DNA of 64,000 nt, from positions 768,001-832,000 of the forward strand of contig OZ244999.1 of NCBI GenBank assembly GCA_965223265.1, written 5' to 3'. The DNA comes from Planctomycetota bacterium. Lineage in GTDB: Bacteria; Planctomycetota; UBA8108; SXIK01. The translations under genes and the position numbers were made by a program. The notes beneath the pieces are model-generated. The model made no database searches and had not been told where the DNA came from. It saw only the letters and a program-made list of their open reading frames with translations. Every line of letters begins with the position of its first letter. Position 1 is the first letter of the stretch. Positions 28,348-38,084 of this stretch are shown here, in pieces.

Positions 28348-29478
28348 TTGACCGAATCACATACACCGCCAGCTACGAACGGCGGGGTGGCCAGCGACGA
28401 CGACTCAGTCGCTCAGGGGCAGCTCGAAAGCGCGCTGTCTGGGAGAGACTTGCTCGACACGGTTGATCGCCTTGATTCGATGATGGATGCGGTGCGCGAT
28501 CAGGTCGAGCAGGTCATCGTCGGCCAGGCGGCGGTGATCGAAGAGATCCTTATCGCACTGTTGGCGGGAGGCCATGTCCTCCTCGAAGGCGTCCCTGGGT
28601 TGGCTAAGACTCTGTTGGTACGGACACTCGCGTCCACGTTATCTCTCGATTTTGGGCGCATTCAGTTTACGCCGGACTTGATGCCGGCGGACATCACAGG
28701 GTCGCAGGTCCTCACCCAGCACCGTGGTGGCCAGTCGCGCGGTCTCGCGTTTCAAGCTGGGCCGCTATTCGTCAACTTGCTCTTGGCTGATGAGATCAAT
28801 CGCACACCTCCGAAGACGCAGGCGGCGCTTCTCGAGGCTATGGCGGAGCGACAGGTCACAACCGGCGGGCGACGTCGTCCTTTGCCACCACCGTTTTTTG
28901 TTCTCGCAACGCAGAACTCGATCGACCAAGAGGGGACGTATCCTCTTCCCGAGGCGCAGCTCGATCGATTCCTCCTCAAGGTTGCGGTTGACTACCCGAG
29001 CTACGATGAGGAGGAGCTGATCCTCAGACGGACGACATCCGATGCAAGCGCAAGCGCGGGTCAGGTCCTCAGTCGTGAACACGTCTTGGCCTTGCAGAGC
29101 ATCGTCTCGTCTCTGACCGTCGCGCCCAACGTTTTGCATTACGCGACGCGACTCGCCCGGGCTTCCCGGCCCGAAGCGCCGGAATGTCCGTTGCATTTGC
29201 GTCCGGCGATCGCGTGGGGCGCCGGGCCACGCGCGGGGCAATCTTTGGTCGTGGCTGCAAAGGCGCGAACTCTCCTCCGAGGCCGCTTTGCAGTGACCTG
29301 GGGCGACGTCCGCGCCGTCGCCGTTCCAGTTCTCCGGCATCGAATCATTCCCAGCTTTGAGGCTCAGGGTCGAGGACTGGACGCCGATCGGATCGTGCGC
29401 TCGCTCATCGATCAGGTGTCGCCGTTCTCAGAAGGAAGTGCGCATGACGGGGCCCTCCGGAAAATTCTTCGACGCTAA
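28348..29478 (+). CDS. MoxR-family AAA+ ATPase
   Basis: HVLLEGVPGLAKT, RIQFTPDLMPADITG, LLADEINRTPPKTQAALLEAM and EGTYPLPEAQLDRF. Confidence 0.96.
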   Translation: MTESHTPPATNGGVASDDDSVAQGQLESALSGRDLLDTVDRLDSMMDAVRDQVEQVIVGQAAVIEEILIALLAGGHVLLEGVPGLAKTLLVRTLASTLSLDFGRIQFTPDLMPADITGSQVLTQHRGGQSRGLAFQAGPLFVNLLLADEINRTPPKTQAALLEAMAERQVTTGGRRRPLPPPFFVLATQNSIDQEGTYPLPEAQLDRFLLKVAVDYPSYDEEELILRRTTSDASASAGQVLSREHVLALQSIVSSLTVAPNVLHYATRLARASRPEAPECPLHLRPAIAWGAGPRAGQSLVVAAKARTLLRGRFAVTWGDVRAVAVPVLRHRIIPSFEAQGRGLDADRIVRSLIDQVSPFSEGSAHDGALRKILRR

Positions 29479-30367
29479 GCTCATTGATCGAATCACCCGC
29501 CATGAATTGACGGCCAGGCGCATAGTCGATGGATTTCTGGCTGGGCGCAATCGCAGTGACCGTCACGGATTCAGCGTCGAGTTTGTCGAGCATCGCGAGT
29601 ATGTGCCGGGTGACGACCTGCGTCACCTCGACTGGAAGGTCCTGGGTCGCCTCGGTCGCTACTACGTCAAGCGCTACGAAGAGGAGACCAACATCACGTG
29701 TGTGATCTGTGCCGATGTCAGTCGTTCGATGAGCTATGGTTCGGGTGAGTGGACCAAGTTTGAAGTTGCAGCGTTCGTCGCTTCAGCGCTCTCGTATTTG
29801 CTCAGCCGGCAACGTGACGCGGTAGGGTTGGCCCTCTTTGACGACGAAGTGCGCACTTTTTTGCCTCCCACAGTGCGACGAGTCATGGTCGCGAACGTGG
29901 CGCAGAAGCTACTGCATGCGGAGCTGAACCAAGGCACCGATATCGAGGCTTCGGTGAAACGGATCTGCGTCGACCTTCCGCAGCGATCTCTCTTTGTCAT
30001 CTTGTCGGATTTCTTCGCCGACGCCGATCGCTTCGAAGCTGTGATGAAGTTTCTTAGCGCTCGTGGGCACGATGCGATCGTGATTCAGATCGTCGACGCG
30101 GCGGAGCGAGATTTTCCCTTTGGCTCGAACGTGCAGTTTCGAGGCCTTGAGGACGCGCGTGAGTTGATCGTCGAGCCGCGGCGTGTTCGCGCCCGATACC
30201 TTGAACTGTTCGAGCGACATGTGACGAAGTTGCGTGGTGCATGTCAGCGTGTGGGGTGTGACTATCTCATGCTGACCGCCGGCGAGCCCATCGCGCCGGC
30301 GCTGGAGACCGCCCTCGCCGCGCGCACGCGTGGAGGCGTGATACGGCGTCGCGGAGCCGGTTCGTGA
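29444..30367 (+). CDS. DUF58 domain-containing protein (vWA-like)
   Basis: GFSVEFVEHREYVPGDDLRHLDWK, YVKRYEEET, DVSRSM and ILSDF. Confidence 0.95.
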   Translation: MTGPSGKFFDAKLIDRITRHELTARRIVDGFLAGRNRSDRHGFSVEFVEHREYVPGDDLRHLDWKVLGRLGRYYVKRYEEETNITCVICADVSRSMSYGSGEWTKFEVAAFVASALSYLLSRQRDAVGLALFDDEVRTFLPPTVRRVMVANVAQKLLHAELNQGTDIEASVKRICVDLPQRSLFVILSDFFADADRFEAVMKFLSARGHDAIVIQIVDAAERDFPFGSNVQFRGLEDARELIVEPRRVRARYLELFERHVTKLRGACQRVGCDYLMLTAGEPIAPALETALAARTRGGVIRRRGAGS

Positions 30368-32880
30368 TGCCTCGCCCGTGGGCCTTTATCGATGGTTTTG
30401 TTAACCCCGCCTTGCTTGCCGGTTTGGCGTTGGCTGCTGCACCGATCATCATCCATCTCCTCTACAAGCGACGCTTTCGCGTGGTTGATTGGGCGGCGAT
30501 GGATTTTCTCTTGCAGGCAGATGCGACGAATCGCCGTCGACTACGTCTCGAGGATCTTATTCTTCTTCTGCTGCGCGTCGCTCTCATTGTGTTCATCGTC
30601 GGTGCGCTTGCTCGACCTGTGCTCCGTGGGTATGTCGGCGTCGGCGAAGACGAAAAGCACATCATCATCGACGATTCGTTGAGTATGGACGCCGCCCATT
30701 CGGACGGCCTTCCGATTGTCCGAGCACAGAACATAGCCGCGCGCCGGATTCAGCAGGAAATCGAACAGCATCGGCCATTCACAGTATGGGCCGGATCACG
30801 CGCGGAACAGCTGCGAGCGGTCGCGGCGACCGCGGGGAGCGGCCACCCGGAGAGCGCCGTTGCCGAGGATCCACAGTTCGTCGCATCCGGCGCAGCAGCG
30901 CTCCGTCACGTGCGAGCACTGGACGCAACCGACGGCTCGCTGCGGGTCGATCGGTTGATCGGACGCCTTCGCGAGCGGTTCAATGAAGTCGAGCAGTCTC
31001 TGCTGCGCGGCGTGTATCTGATCCATGACCTACGCGCCAGTGACTGGTTGCTTTCAGGTGCGACGAGAGACTTGCGGCCGGAGATTCTCGCTGCGGTGCA
31101 GGGGCTGAAGGCCGACGGTCTCAGCGAGCGCACCACTTGGCATTTGATCAATGTCGGTCGAGCCGGTCGTGAAAATCTGGCGGTGGCCGCCATCGACGCC
31201 GCTGCCTCACGTCCTCTCGTTGGGCGTCGCACGACGCTACAGGTTGTGATTCGCAACACGGGTCTCGAGGTGCGACGCGGGGTCGTGGGGCGTATCGAAA
31301 TCGGAGATCCTCGCGGTGGCCCTGTGTCCGATGCCGTCGCCACGGGGGCGACGCCCGAGCGTTTCGTGGTCGGCGGCACACCTTTTCGTTCCCTCCAGAG
31401 TCTACCGCTACCACTCGTCTCGGCGATCGAACCAAATGGTTCAGTTCGTGTCCAGGTTGAGTGTGTCTTCGCGTCCGCGGGCGAGCATCCGGTGATCGTT
31501 CAATTGGAGAACACCGGTGATGCCTTGACACGCGACGACGTGTTCTACGGGACCGTGTTTGTCGACGATGCGATCCGGGTCACGATCATCGACGGAGATC
31601 CAGGTGCGGATCGTCTCGGCAGTGAATCGGGGTTTCTGGCTGCGGCGTTGAGTCCACGCGGCGGCGCTACGACCGGCGTCGTGACGACCACGAACACGGG
31701 TGCCTTTTCTTCCGCTGATCTTGATGACGCGCATGTCGTCATGGTGCTGAACCGAGGCGAGTTCGCGGCCGCCGAAGTAGACGCTCTCAAGAGCTTTTGT
31801 CGGCGCGGGGGCGGCGCTGCGTTTTTCGTCGGCGACAAGGTCGATCCGCGGCGCTACGAGACTGCGTTTGCATCGTTTGCGGTACCCGAGGGCGCTCGCA
31901 ACGAGGCAGGCGTCGCGGTGCCGGGAGCTGATGCCCGGACGTGGACCTTGTTTCCGGTACGACTGGGCGCCCGAAGAGACGGTATCCAGCATCTGCGACG
32001 TACGAACGAGGAGCACAAAGCGTTTCAAATCTTCTCGGGTGTGGAATCGTCGTCGCTCGATCGGGTTGTCTTCTCACGCTACTTCGACTGTGAGCCTGCG
32101 CCCCACGCCACGGTTGTGGCGACGTTCGACGACCCTGAAGCGACTCCCGCTGTCATCGAGGCGAGCGTCCCAGCTCTGACCGTGCGAGAAACTGACGCGA
32201 CTGGCACGCGACCTGACACACTCGACCGCGACGGTGTCGGCGCTGAGATCGCTGATGATGAGGATGGTAGCCCAGGGATCGCCGATCAGAATCGTGGCGG
32301 CAAAGTCGTGTTCTTCAATTTCACGGCGGACCGAGACTGGGGGGATTGGCCCACCGATCCGACGTTTCCCGTCATCATGCACGAGTGGGTCTCGTACCTA
32401 GCTGGAGCGCCTAGCGAGCGCCGAACGGTTTCGTGTGGCTCACCGCTGGTTTGGCGCACCAGCCCGGGGTTCGAATACGAAGTCGCGACTCCGAGCGGTC
32501 GTGTTCAGGTCCTCGAACCATCGCGGCAGCGCCGGAGTTACGCCGAGCATCTATCCTACGCCGAGACGTTCACCGCTGGCTTCTATCGCGTTTGGCCACG
32601 ACGACAAGGAGCCGGCGACGCGGATGCTGGGAGCGATGTTGGTCCATTGTGGTACGCAGTCGTGCCCGCGAGAAACGAGAGCGAGCTTGAGCCAGCAGAT
32701 GAGTCTCATTTGCTCCGACAATTGCGCGACGCCGGACTTGATGTCACGTCTTCGGGGGGCGGGGAAGTGGAGTCTGGCTCGCGGCGAACGGGCGGTGAGA
32801 TTTGGTCGGTGCTGGCGTTTTTCGCCGCCGCCTTGCTTGTCGTTGAACTTCTCTTTGCGGCTTGGTTGGGACGCCGGTGA
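30364..32880 (+). CDS. BatA N-terminal domain / vWA-containing membrane protein
   Basis: FVNPALLAGLALAAAPIIIHLL...WAAMDFL...LLLLRV (BatA); IIDDSLSM; DRDWGDWP..P.F; C-terminal transmembrane helix. Confidence 0.88.
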   Translation: MMPRPWAFIDGFVNPALLAGLALAAAPIIIHLLYKRRFRVVDWAAMDFLLQADATNRRRLRLEDLILLLLRVALIVFIVGALARPVLRGYVGVGEDEKHIIIDDSLSMDAAHSDGLPIVRAQNIAARRIQQEIEQHRPFTVWAGSRAEQLRAVAATAGSGHPESAVAEDPQFVASGAAALRHVRALDATDGSLRVDRLIGRLRERFNEVEQSLLRGVYLIHDLRASDWLLSGATRDLRPEILAAVQGLKADGLSERTTWHLINVGRAGRENLAVAAIDAAASRPLVGRRTTLQVVIRNTGLEVRRGVVGRIEIGDPRGGPVSDAVATGATPERFVVGGTPFRSLQSLPLPLVSAIEPNGSVRVQVECVFASAGEHPVIVQLENTGDALTRDDVFYGTVFVDDAIRVTIIDGDPGADRLGSESGFLAAALSPRGGATTGVVTTTNTGAFSSADLDDAHVVMVLNRGEFAAAEVDALKSFCRRGGGAAFFVGDKVDPRRYETAFASFAVPEGARNEAGVAVPGADARTWTLFPVRLGARRDGIQHLRRTNEEHKAFQIFSGVESSSLDRVVFSRYFDCEPAPHATVVATFDDPEATPAVIEASVPALTVRETDATGTRPDTLDRDGVGAEIADDEDGSPGIADQNRGGKVVFFNFTADRDWGDWPTDPTFPVIMHEWVSYLAGAPSERRTVSCGSPLVWRTSPGFEYEVATPSGRVQVLEPSRQRRSYAEHLSYAETFTAGFYRVWPRRQGAGDADAGSDVGPLWYAVVPARNESELEPADESHLLRQLRDAGLDVTSSGGGEVESGSRRTGGEIWSVLAFFAAALLVVELLFAAWLGRR

Positions 32881-35216
32881 ATATGGCCGAAAGACTCCTC
32901 AGAGGGCTGTTTGGCGTCGACACAGATTCCGACGCTCGCCTCGAATGGCTTGGCGCGCCGTACGGACTCGGCGGGTGGTTCGCATTCTTCCTCGCCGCCG
33001 CGATCGTGACCATCATCGTAGTTGTCTATCGTCGCGAACGCCGTTTGCGTACGTGGCAGCGTCTGCTGCTTGCAACGCTCCGTCTCTTCGCTTTTGCGAT
33101 GGCTTGTTGGATCCTGCTTGATCCGCGTGTGGTCAGAGAGCTCAAGGTCGAGAGACGTGGACAGGCGATCGTACTCGTTGACACGTCGACAAGCATGGAT
33201 GAGCTCGATCCGTCTCAGCAGCAGCAACTCTCTGACAACCGTTCGGCGATCCAGCATTCGCGACTGCAGCAGGCTGTTGATGCGCTCGAGACGCAAGATA
33301 CGTTGTCAGAGCTCGCAGTGACCCATGACGTGCGCCTCTTTGGCTTCGATCGGTCGATCGGTCCGGTTACGGACATCGATGATCTCCTCGCTCCTCTTGA
33401 AGTCGCTTCGGCTGCCGACGCTGAGCCCGCCGTCTACAGCCGCGATGGAACACATCTTGGCAGTGCTATGCGAGCAGCTTTGGAGAGCGTTCAGGGTGAC
33501 CCTGTTGCGGGAGCTCTGATTCTCTCGGATGGTCGATCGACCGGAGGCGAACCGTGGGCTCGAGTCGTCGAAGAGTACGCTGTTCGTGGGGTGCCGGTCT
33601 TCACCGCTTGCCTCGGGGATGAACGGGTTGAGCGTAATCTTTCGGTGTCCAACTTCTCGGCGCCGGAGATCGCTTCTGTGGGATTCAGCATTCGTCTGGA
33701 CGCAGAGGTCCGGATTGTTGGGTTTCAAGGACAAAGGATTGACGTCACGCTCGAACGTGTTGACTCCAACCGCCGACGTCAGCAGATCGCGAAACGTGCG
33801 ATTGCAGTGGAGTCAAGCACGATCGTTGAGCGGTTCGCGTTCTACGACGCGGCCGAGGAAGAGGGAGACTACGAATACGTTCTGCGTCTGCCGCTGCACA
33901 ACAGAGAGAGCGAACACAGCGACAACTCGCGCCGCGTTCGCGTGAACATTCGCAACGAATCCATGCGGGTGTTTCTTCTCGCTGGCAGTTCGACCGCCGA
34001 GTATCGGCGACTCGTTCGATTCTTGACGCGTGATCGAGAGCTTGTGACTTCATGTTGGCTTGCTGGTGTCGGCGCGGATTACCCCCAAAGAGGCGATGCT
34101 CCGATCGGGAAGCCACCACGCCGCCTCTCAGAGCTCCGAGACTACGACGCTGTGATTCTCCTCGATCCGGCACCGAAGTCACTCGACGACGAGGTATTCA
34201 TGGCTGCGCTCAAAGAACTCGTTGTTGAGCACGGAACCGGGTTGGCCTACGTTGCCGGGGAGAACCATTTGCATCCTGGCGCCAATCGATACTTGGCGCC
34301 GCTGCTGCCGGTGGAGTTCGATGGCGGCGGCTGGGACTCGCGTGCGCCATACACCGCACTCTGGCGTCCGATCCTGACGCCGCGCGGACTCGAGCATCCG
34401 ATCTGCCGGCTCCGCGACGATGCTGAAGAGAACGCGTCGGTATGGCTTCGGCTTCCCGGATTCTATTTCTTCGCTGACGGCGCCAGGTTACGCCCGGCCG
34501 CCGTCGAGCTTGCGCGGCACCCTGGTGGAAGCGTTGCTGCTGCGATTCTCCGAGCCGGGAGCGGGTTGTCGATCTACCTCGGTACCGACGATCTCAACCG
34601 CTGGAGTCACGCGCGGCAACCCGGACTGCACGAGCGGTTCTGGTCTGGCGTGGTGCGATTCTTGGTTGCCGGGAAGCGGCTTGCTGGAAAGTTCGCGAGT
34701 GCTCTCTACGTTGACTACGACCGCTACGAAATCGGCGAACGAGTTGAGATTGAAGCGAGCGTTTTGGATGCTGAGAGGGTCCCGGTCGTGCGGTCGCAGA
34801 TGAGCGTTCAAGTGGTGCACGACGGTACGACGGGCATCTCTACGACGCTGTTGTCCCCCGTCTCCGGCCGTCCCGGTTGGTACCGTGGCGCTCTCGAGCC
34901 GAAGGCTGCAGGAGGCTACGCCCTCCGAATGGATGGGGGCGCCGAGGCGACGTTCCGCGTCGTCGTCTTGGCGAATGAGAGCGCCGATTTGACGCCGGAC
35001 CGTTATGCGATGAACGAAATAGCGCGTCGAAGCGGCGGCGAATCGCTGGCGCTCGATTCACTCAGCGAAGTGATTGATCGACTTCCCGACCGTTCGTTCA
35101 CCGAGGTCATCGGCCGCTCGCTCGTGTCGCTGTGGGATTCAGCGTGGGTCCTCGGCTTTCTCTGCTGCGCTTTGATCCTCGAGTGGATTCTCCGCAAACG
35201 ATGGAGTCTGAATTGA
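32877..35216 (+). CDS. vWA plus glutamine-amidotransferase-like domain membrane protein
   Basis: VLVDTSTSM (MIDAS), ILSDGRS, YDAVILLDP and C-terminal LWDS...EWILRKR. GTG overlaps the upstream stop. Confidence 0.85.
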   Translation: MNMAERLLRGLFGVDTDSDARLEWLGAPYGLGGWFAFFLAAAIVTIIVVVYRRERRLRTWQRLLLATLRLFAFAMACWILLDPRVVRELKVERRGQAIVLVDTSTSMDELDPSQQQQLSDNRSAIQHSRLQQAVDALETQDTLSELAVTHDVRLFGFDRSIGPVTDIDDLLAPLEVASAADAEPAVYSRDGTHLGSAMRAALESVQGDPVAGALILSDGRSTGGEPWARVVEEYAVRGVPVFTACLGDERVERNLSVSNFSAPEIASVGFSIRLDAEVRIVGFQGQRIDVTLERVDSNRRRQQIAKRAIAVESSTIVERFAFYDAAEEEGDYEYVLRLPLHNRESEHSDNSRRVRVNIRNESMRVFLLAGSSTAEYRRLVRFLTRDRELVTSCWLAGVGADYPQRGDAPIGKPPRRLSELRDYDAVILLDPAPKSLDDEVFMAALKELVVEHGTGLAYVAGENHLHPGANRYLAPLLPVEFDGGGWDSRAPYTALWRPILTPRGLEHPICRLRDDAEENASVWLRLPGFYFFADGARLRPAAVELARHPGGSVAAAILRAGSGLSIYLGTDDLNRWSHARQPGLHERFWSGVVRFLVAGKRLAGKFASALYVDYDRYEIGERVEIEASVLDAERVPVVRSQMSVQVVHDGTTGISTTLLSPVSGRPGWYRGALEPKAAGGYALRMDGGAEATFRVVVLANESADLTPDRYAMNEIARRSGGESLALDSLSEVIDRLPDRSFTEVIGRSLVSLWDSAWVLGFLCCALILEWILRKRWSLN

Positions 35217-37996
35217 TGGTGAAGCGGCCCAGGCGTCCTACCCTGCGCGATTCCCTCTTGGCTCTGAACCCAAGGATTCGTCGCTCTCTTCGGCAATTGG
35301 GGTGGTCGGAGATCGTCGTCGTCGTTTGCTGGGGATTCATTCTGTCGCTGGCTCTCGATCGCGTTTTGGAGTTGCCGTGGCTTCTTCGAGGCGGGATTTT
35401 TGTCGCACTCATCTTCGTGCTGACTGCTTTGGTGCGTCGAAGCCGGCGACGGTCGCGCGTCGCGGTGTCCACTGAGCAGTTGGCGACCGCCGCCGAGATT
35501 CGAGATCCGCGCTTGGAGGGTCGGCTCCTGAGCGCGCTCGAGTTGCCGAGGGAGTGGGCACGACAAAAAAAGAGCGGTGCATCAGCTCTGGAGATCGCGC
35601 TGACCGAGCGTGCGGTTCGTGAAATCGGCGTTGTCGCGAGAACTGTCGAGATCGACGGCTCTCTGGACCTGGCACGCGTGCGACGCTGGGTCGGTGCAGC
35701 TGCCCTCTCCGTCGTTGCCGCAGCAGCGGTCGCAGCTTGGCGGTCGAACGACCTCTCGGTTTGGTTTCATCGCGACGTTCTACTCCGGCAAGTCGACTGG
35801 CCGCGGCGAACTCACTACGTTCTATTTCCCGCACATGCCTCGGGCCAGTTCGAAGTGCACGTTGCTCGCCAACAAGATGTCGTTCTTCGGGGATGGGTTT
35901 TGGGCGTGCTACCAGAGGAGGTCCGCATTCAGCGCACGACGAGCGACGGTCGACCTGGCGGCGACCTGATCGTTCGCGTCGAGGGATACGAGCGCGTTCC
36001 CGACTCCGCGCTCCAGACTTGGCGTCAGGCGTTTTCCTCGAACGCCCCCGAGCCGGGAGCTCATGATCCGGCCCAGCGGGATCTGCGAGCAGGACTTAGC
36101 GGCTACCCCTTCGAAGTGTCGACCGGACGCCTCGACGAGTCGACGCAGTTCTTCGCGCGCGGTGGTGACAATCAGAGTCGCCGCATTGACGTCGTTTGCC
36201 ACGATCGACCGCGTCTTGAGGAGCGACGATACCAGCTGCGTTTCCCGAGTTATCTCAACATGCCGCCCGAGAATGTGGAGAATGTGGTTGGGGACCTCGT
36301 CGTCCCCGATGGAACTCATGTCGATGGCCTCTTCAGAGCCAGCACTCCGCTCGAGAGCGCTGAAGTCACGTTTGGTGACTCGGAGAGCCAGCCCCTAGAC
36401 GCGACGGTCGAGGAAGACACCGTTCGTTTCGGTTGGACGAGCAGTCGTACAGGAGTGCTTGAGGTCCGCGTCATGAGCCAGCCGTGGGGGATCAGCGCAT
36501 ATCCTTCCTTTCGACAGCCCGTGATCGTGGAGCCTGATCGCGCGCCAGACGTCACCCTGGAAATCGACAGCGAGTATCTCAGCGTCGCTCCCGACGCATC
36601 CATCGCGCTTTCGTCGACGGCCAGCGACGACCACGGCGTGTCCAGCTGGATCGTGCGCCGCTGGATCGGCGCCGCTTCAGAGCAGTCATGGAGCCGCGCG
36701 GAGAGCCAGCCGGACAATGAGACGGCCATCGACCTCTCACTCGTGAAAGACACAGCCACCGGCATCGACGCCAACGGCAGCCCGACTCACATTCGGGTGC
36801 AAGGAACCTATCGCGGCGAAATTGACCTGCGCCCACTCAGTCTCGCCCCAGGCGACCGGATCGTGCTGCAGGCAGCCGCGGCAGACAATCGTGAGCCCGA
36901 GCCTCAGTGGTCGGAGTCCCAGCACGAAGTCGTCACGGTCGTCGAAGCGGCGACGATCGTGCAGCAAACCGATCTGGCGCGCGTCGAGATCCAAGAAAAA
37001 CTGCTAGAACTCGCAGCCGTGGAAGAGCGCCTTGCCGGAAGCGTGGCTGGAGACCGTTCGGGGTGGGAGACAGAGGCGGAGACAGAGACGGAGACGGAGG
37101 CGGAGACAGAGGCGGAGACAGAGACGGAGACGGAGGCGGAGACAGAGACGGAGACAGACACAGAGACAGAGACAGAGACGGAGACAGAGGCGGAGACGGA
37201 GGCGGAGACAGAGGCGGAGACAGAGACGGAGACGGAGGCGGAGACAGAGACGGAGACAGACACAGAGACAGAGACAGAGACGGAGACAGAGGCGGAGACG
37301 GAGACAGATAATGGCTTCGCCTCCGGACCAGCCTCTGATTCTGCTTCTGGGTCCTCTGATTCTGCCTCCGCCGCTGGCTCTGCCTCGGATTCTGCCTCTG
37401 GTTCCTCTGATTCCGCCTCTGCTTCTGCCTCTGCCTCTGATTCTGCTTCTGGCTCTGCCTCCGCCTCCGCCTCTGCCTCTGCCTCTGATTCTGCTTCTGG
37501 CTCTGCCTCTGCCTCTGCCTCTGATTCTGCTTCTGGCTCCGCCTCCGCCTCTTCTCCTCCTGCCCCGAACCCTTCCAAGCGCCTTGCCGAGCGACAGCGT
37601 GCCGTCGCGGCGGAGGCGAGGGCTTTGAACGAGCGGTTCAAGAAGATGCGGCGAGCTCTGGAGGCGAATCGACTTCTGGATGAGGCGACGGCGGCGAAGT
37701 ATGAGCACGGGGTGGCGGAGCCGCTCGACGAGTTGGTGGAGGAGCGTTTGCCGCGTTCTGCTGAAGAGATCGAGGCGCTTTCAAAGTCTCGGGCCGCGGC
37801 GGAGGATGCGCGTGGGGTTGAGGAGGATTTGAAGGCGATGGCTGCTGACTTGCGGGCGATCGCGGAGAATCTTGCGGGGAGCGGTAGTGAGCGTGAGCTG
37901 ATCCACCGCCTTGAGATGATCCTCGAGTTGCAGCGGCAGGCGCGAGAGGTGACTGATGAGCTGCTGCGTCGGCCGCGGGAGGGGAATGGTCGATGA
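35216..37996 (+). CDS. DUF4175-like membrane-anchored protein with a low-complexity ET/EA and SA/SD insert
   Basis: Three N-terminal transmembrane segments, PSYL, PDRAP, ASDDHGV and coiled-coil tail. ATG overlaps the upstream TGA. Confidence 0.8.
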   Translation: MVKRPRRPTLRDSLLALNPRIRRSLRQLGWSEIVVVVCWGFILSLALDRVLELPWLLRGGIFVALIFVLTALVRRSRRRSRVAVSTEQLATAAEIRDPRLEGRLLSALELPREWARQKKSGASALEIALTERAVREIGVVARTVEIDGSLDLARVRRWVGAAALSVVAAAAVAAWRSNDLSVWFHRDVLLRQVDWPRRTHYVLFPAHASGQFEVHVARQQDVVLRGWVLGVLPEEVRIQRTTSDGRPGGDLIVRVEGYERVPDSALQTWRQAFSSNAPEPGAHDPAQRDLRAGLSGYPFEVSTGRLDESTQFFARGGDNQSRRIDVVCHDRPRLEERRYQLRFPSYLNMPPENVENVVGDLVVPDGTHVDGLFRASTPLESAEVTFGDSESQPLDATVEEDTVRFGWTSSRTGVLEVRVMSQPWGISAYPSFRQPVIVEPDRAPDVTLEIDSEYLSVAPDASIALSSTASDDHGVSSWIVRRWIGAASEQSWSRAESQPDNETAIDLSLVKDTATGIDANGSPTHIRVQGTYRGEIDLRPLSLAPGDRIVLQAAAADNREPEPQWSESQHEVVTVVEAATIVQQTDLARVEIQEKLLELAAVEERLAGSVAGDRSGWETEAETETETEAETEAETETETEAETETETDTETETETETEAETEAETEAETETETEAETETETDTETETETETEAETETDNGFASGPASDSASGSSDSASAAGSASDSASGSSDSASASASASDSASGSASASASASASDSASGSASASASDSASGSASASSPPAPNPSKRLAERQRAVAAEARALNERFKKMRRALEANRLLDEATAAKYEHGVAEPLDELVEERLPRSAEEIEALSKSRAAAEDARGVEEDLKAMAADLRAIAENLAGSGSERELIHRLEMILELQRQAREVTDELLRRPREGNGR
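37067..37306 (+). repeat. 40 tandem hexamers (GAGACA/GAGACG/GAGGCG/GACACA) containing an exact 102-nt tandem duplication
   Basis: Units 37097-37198 and 37199-37300 are identical; the tract encodes 80 aa of (E/D)(T/A). Confidence 0.92.
37331..37555 (+). repeat. Pyrimidine-rich hexamer tract (GCCTCT/GCCTCC/GATTCT/GCTTCT) encoding SA/SD/SG repeats
   Basis: Directly visible period-6 repeats. Confidence 0.9.
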
Positions 37997-38084
37997 AGAG
38001 GGCCTGCAGGGGTTCGATGTGGCGACTGGGAACGATTCTGCTTTTCTTGACTGCCGTGGTGACTGACAATTGAGGCGTGATCCA

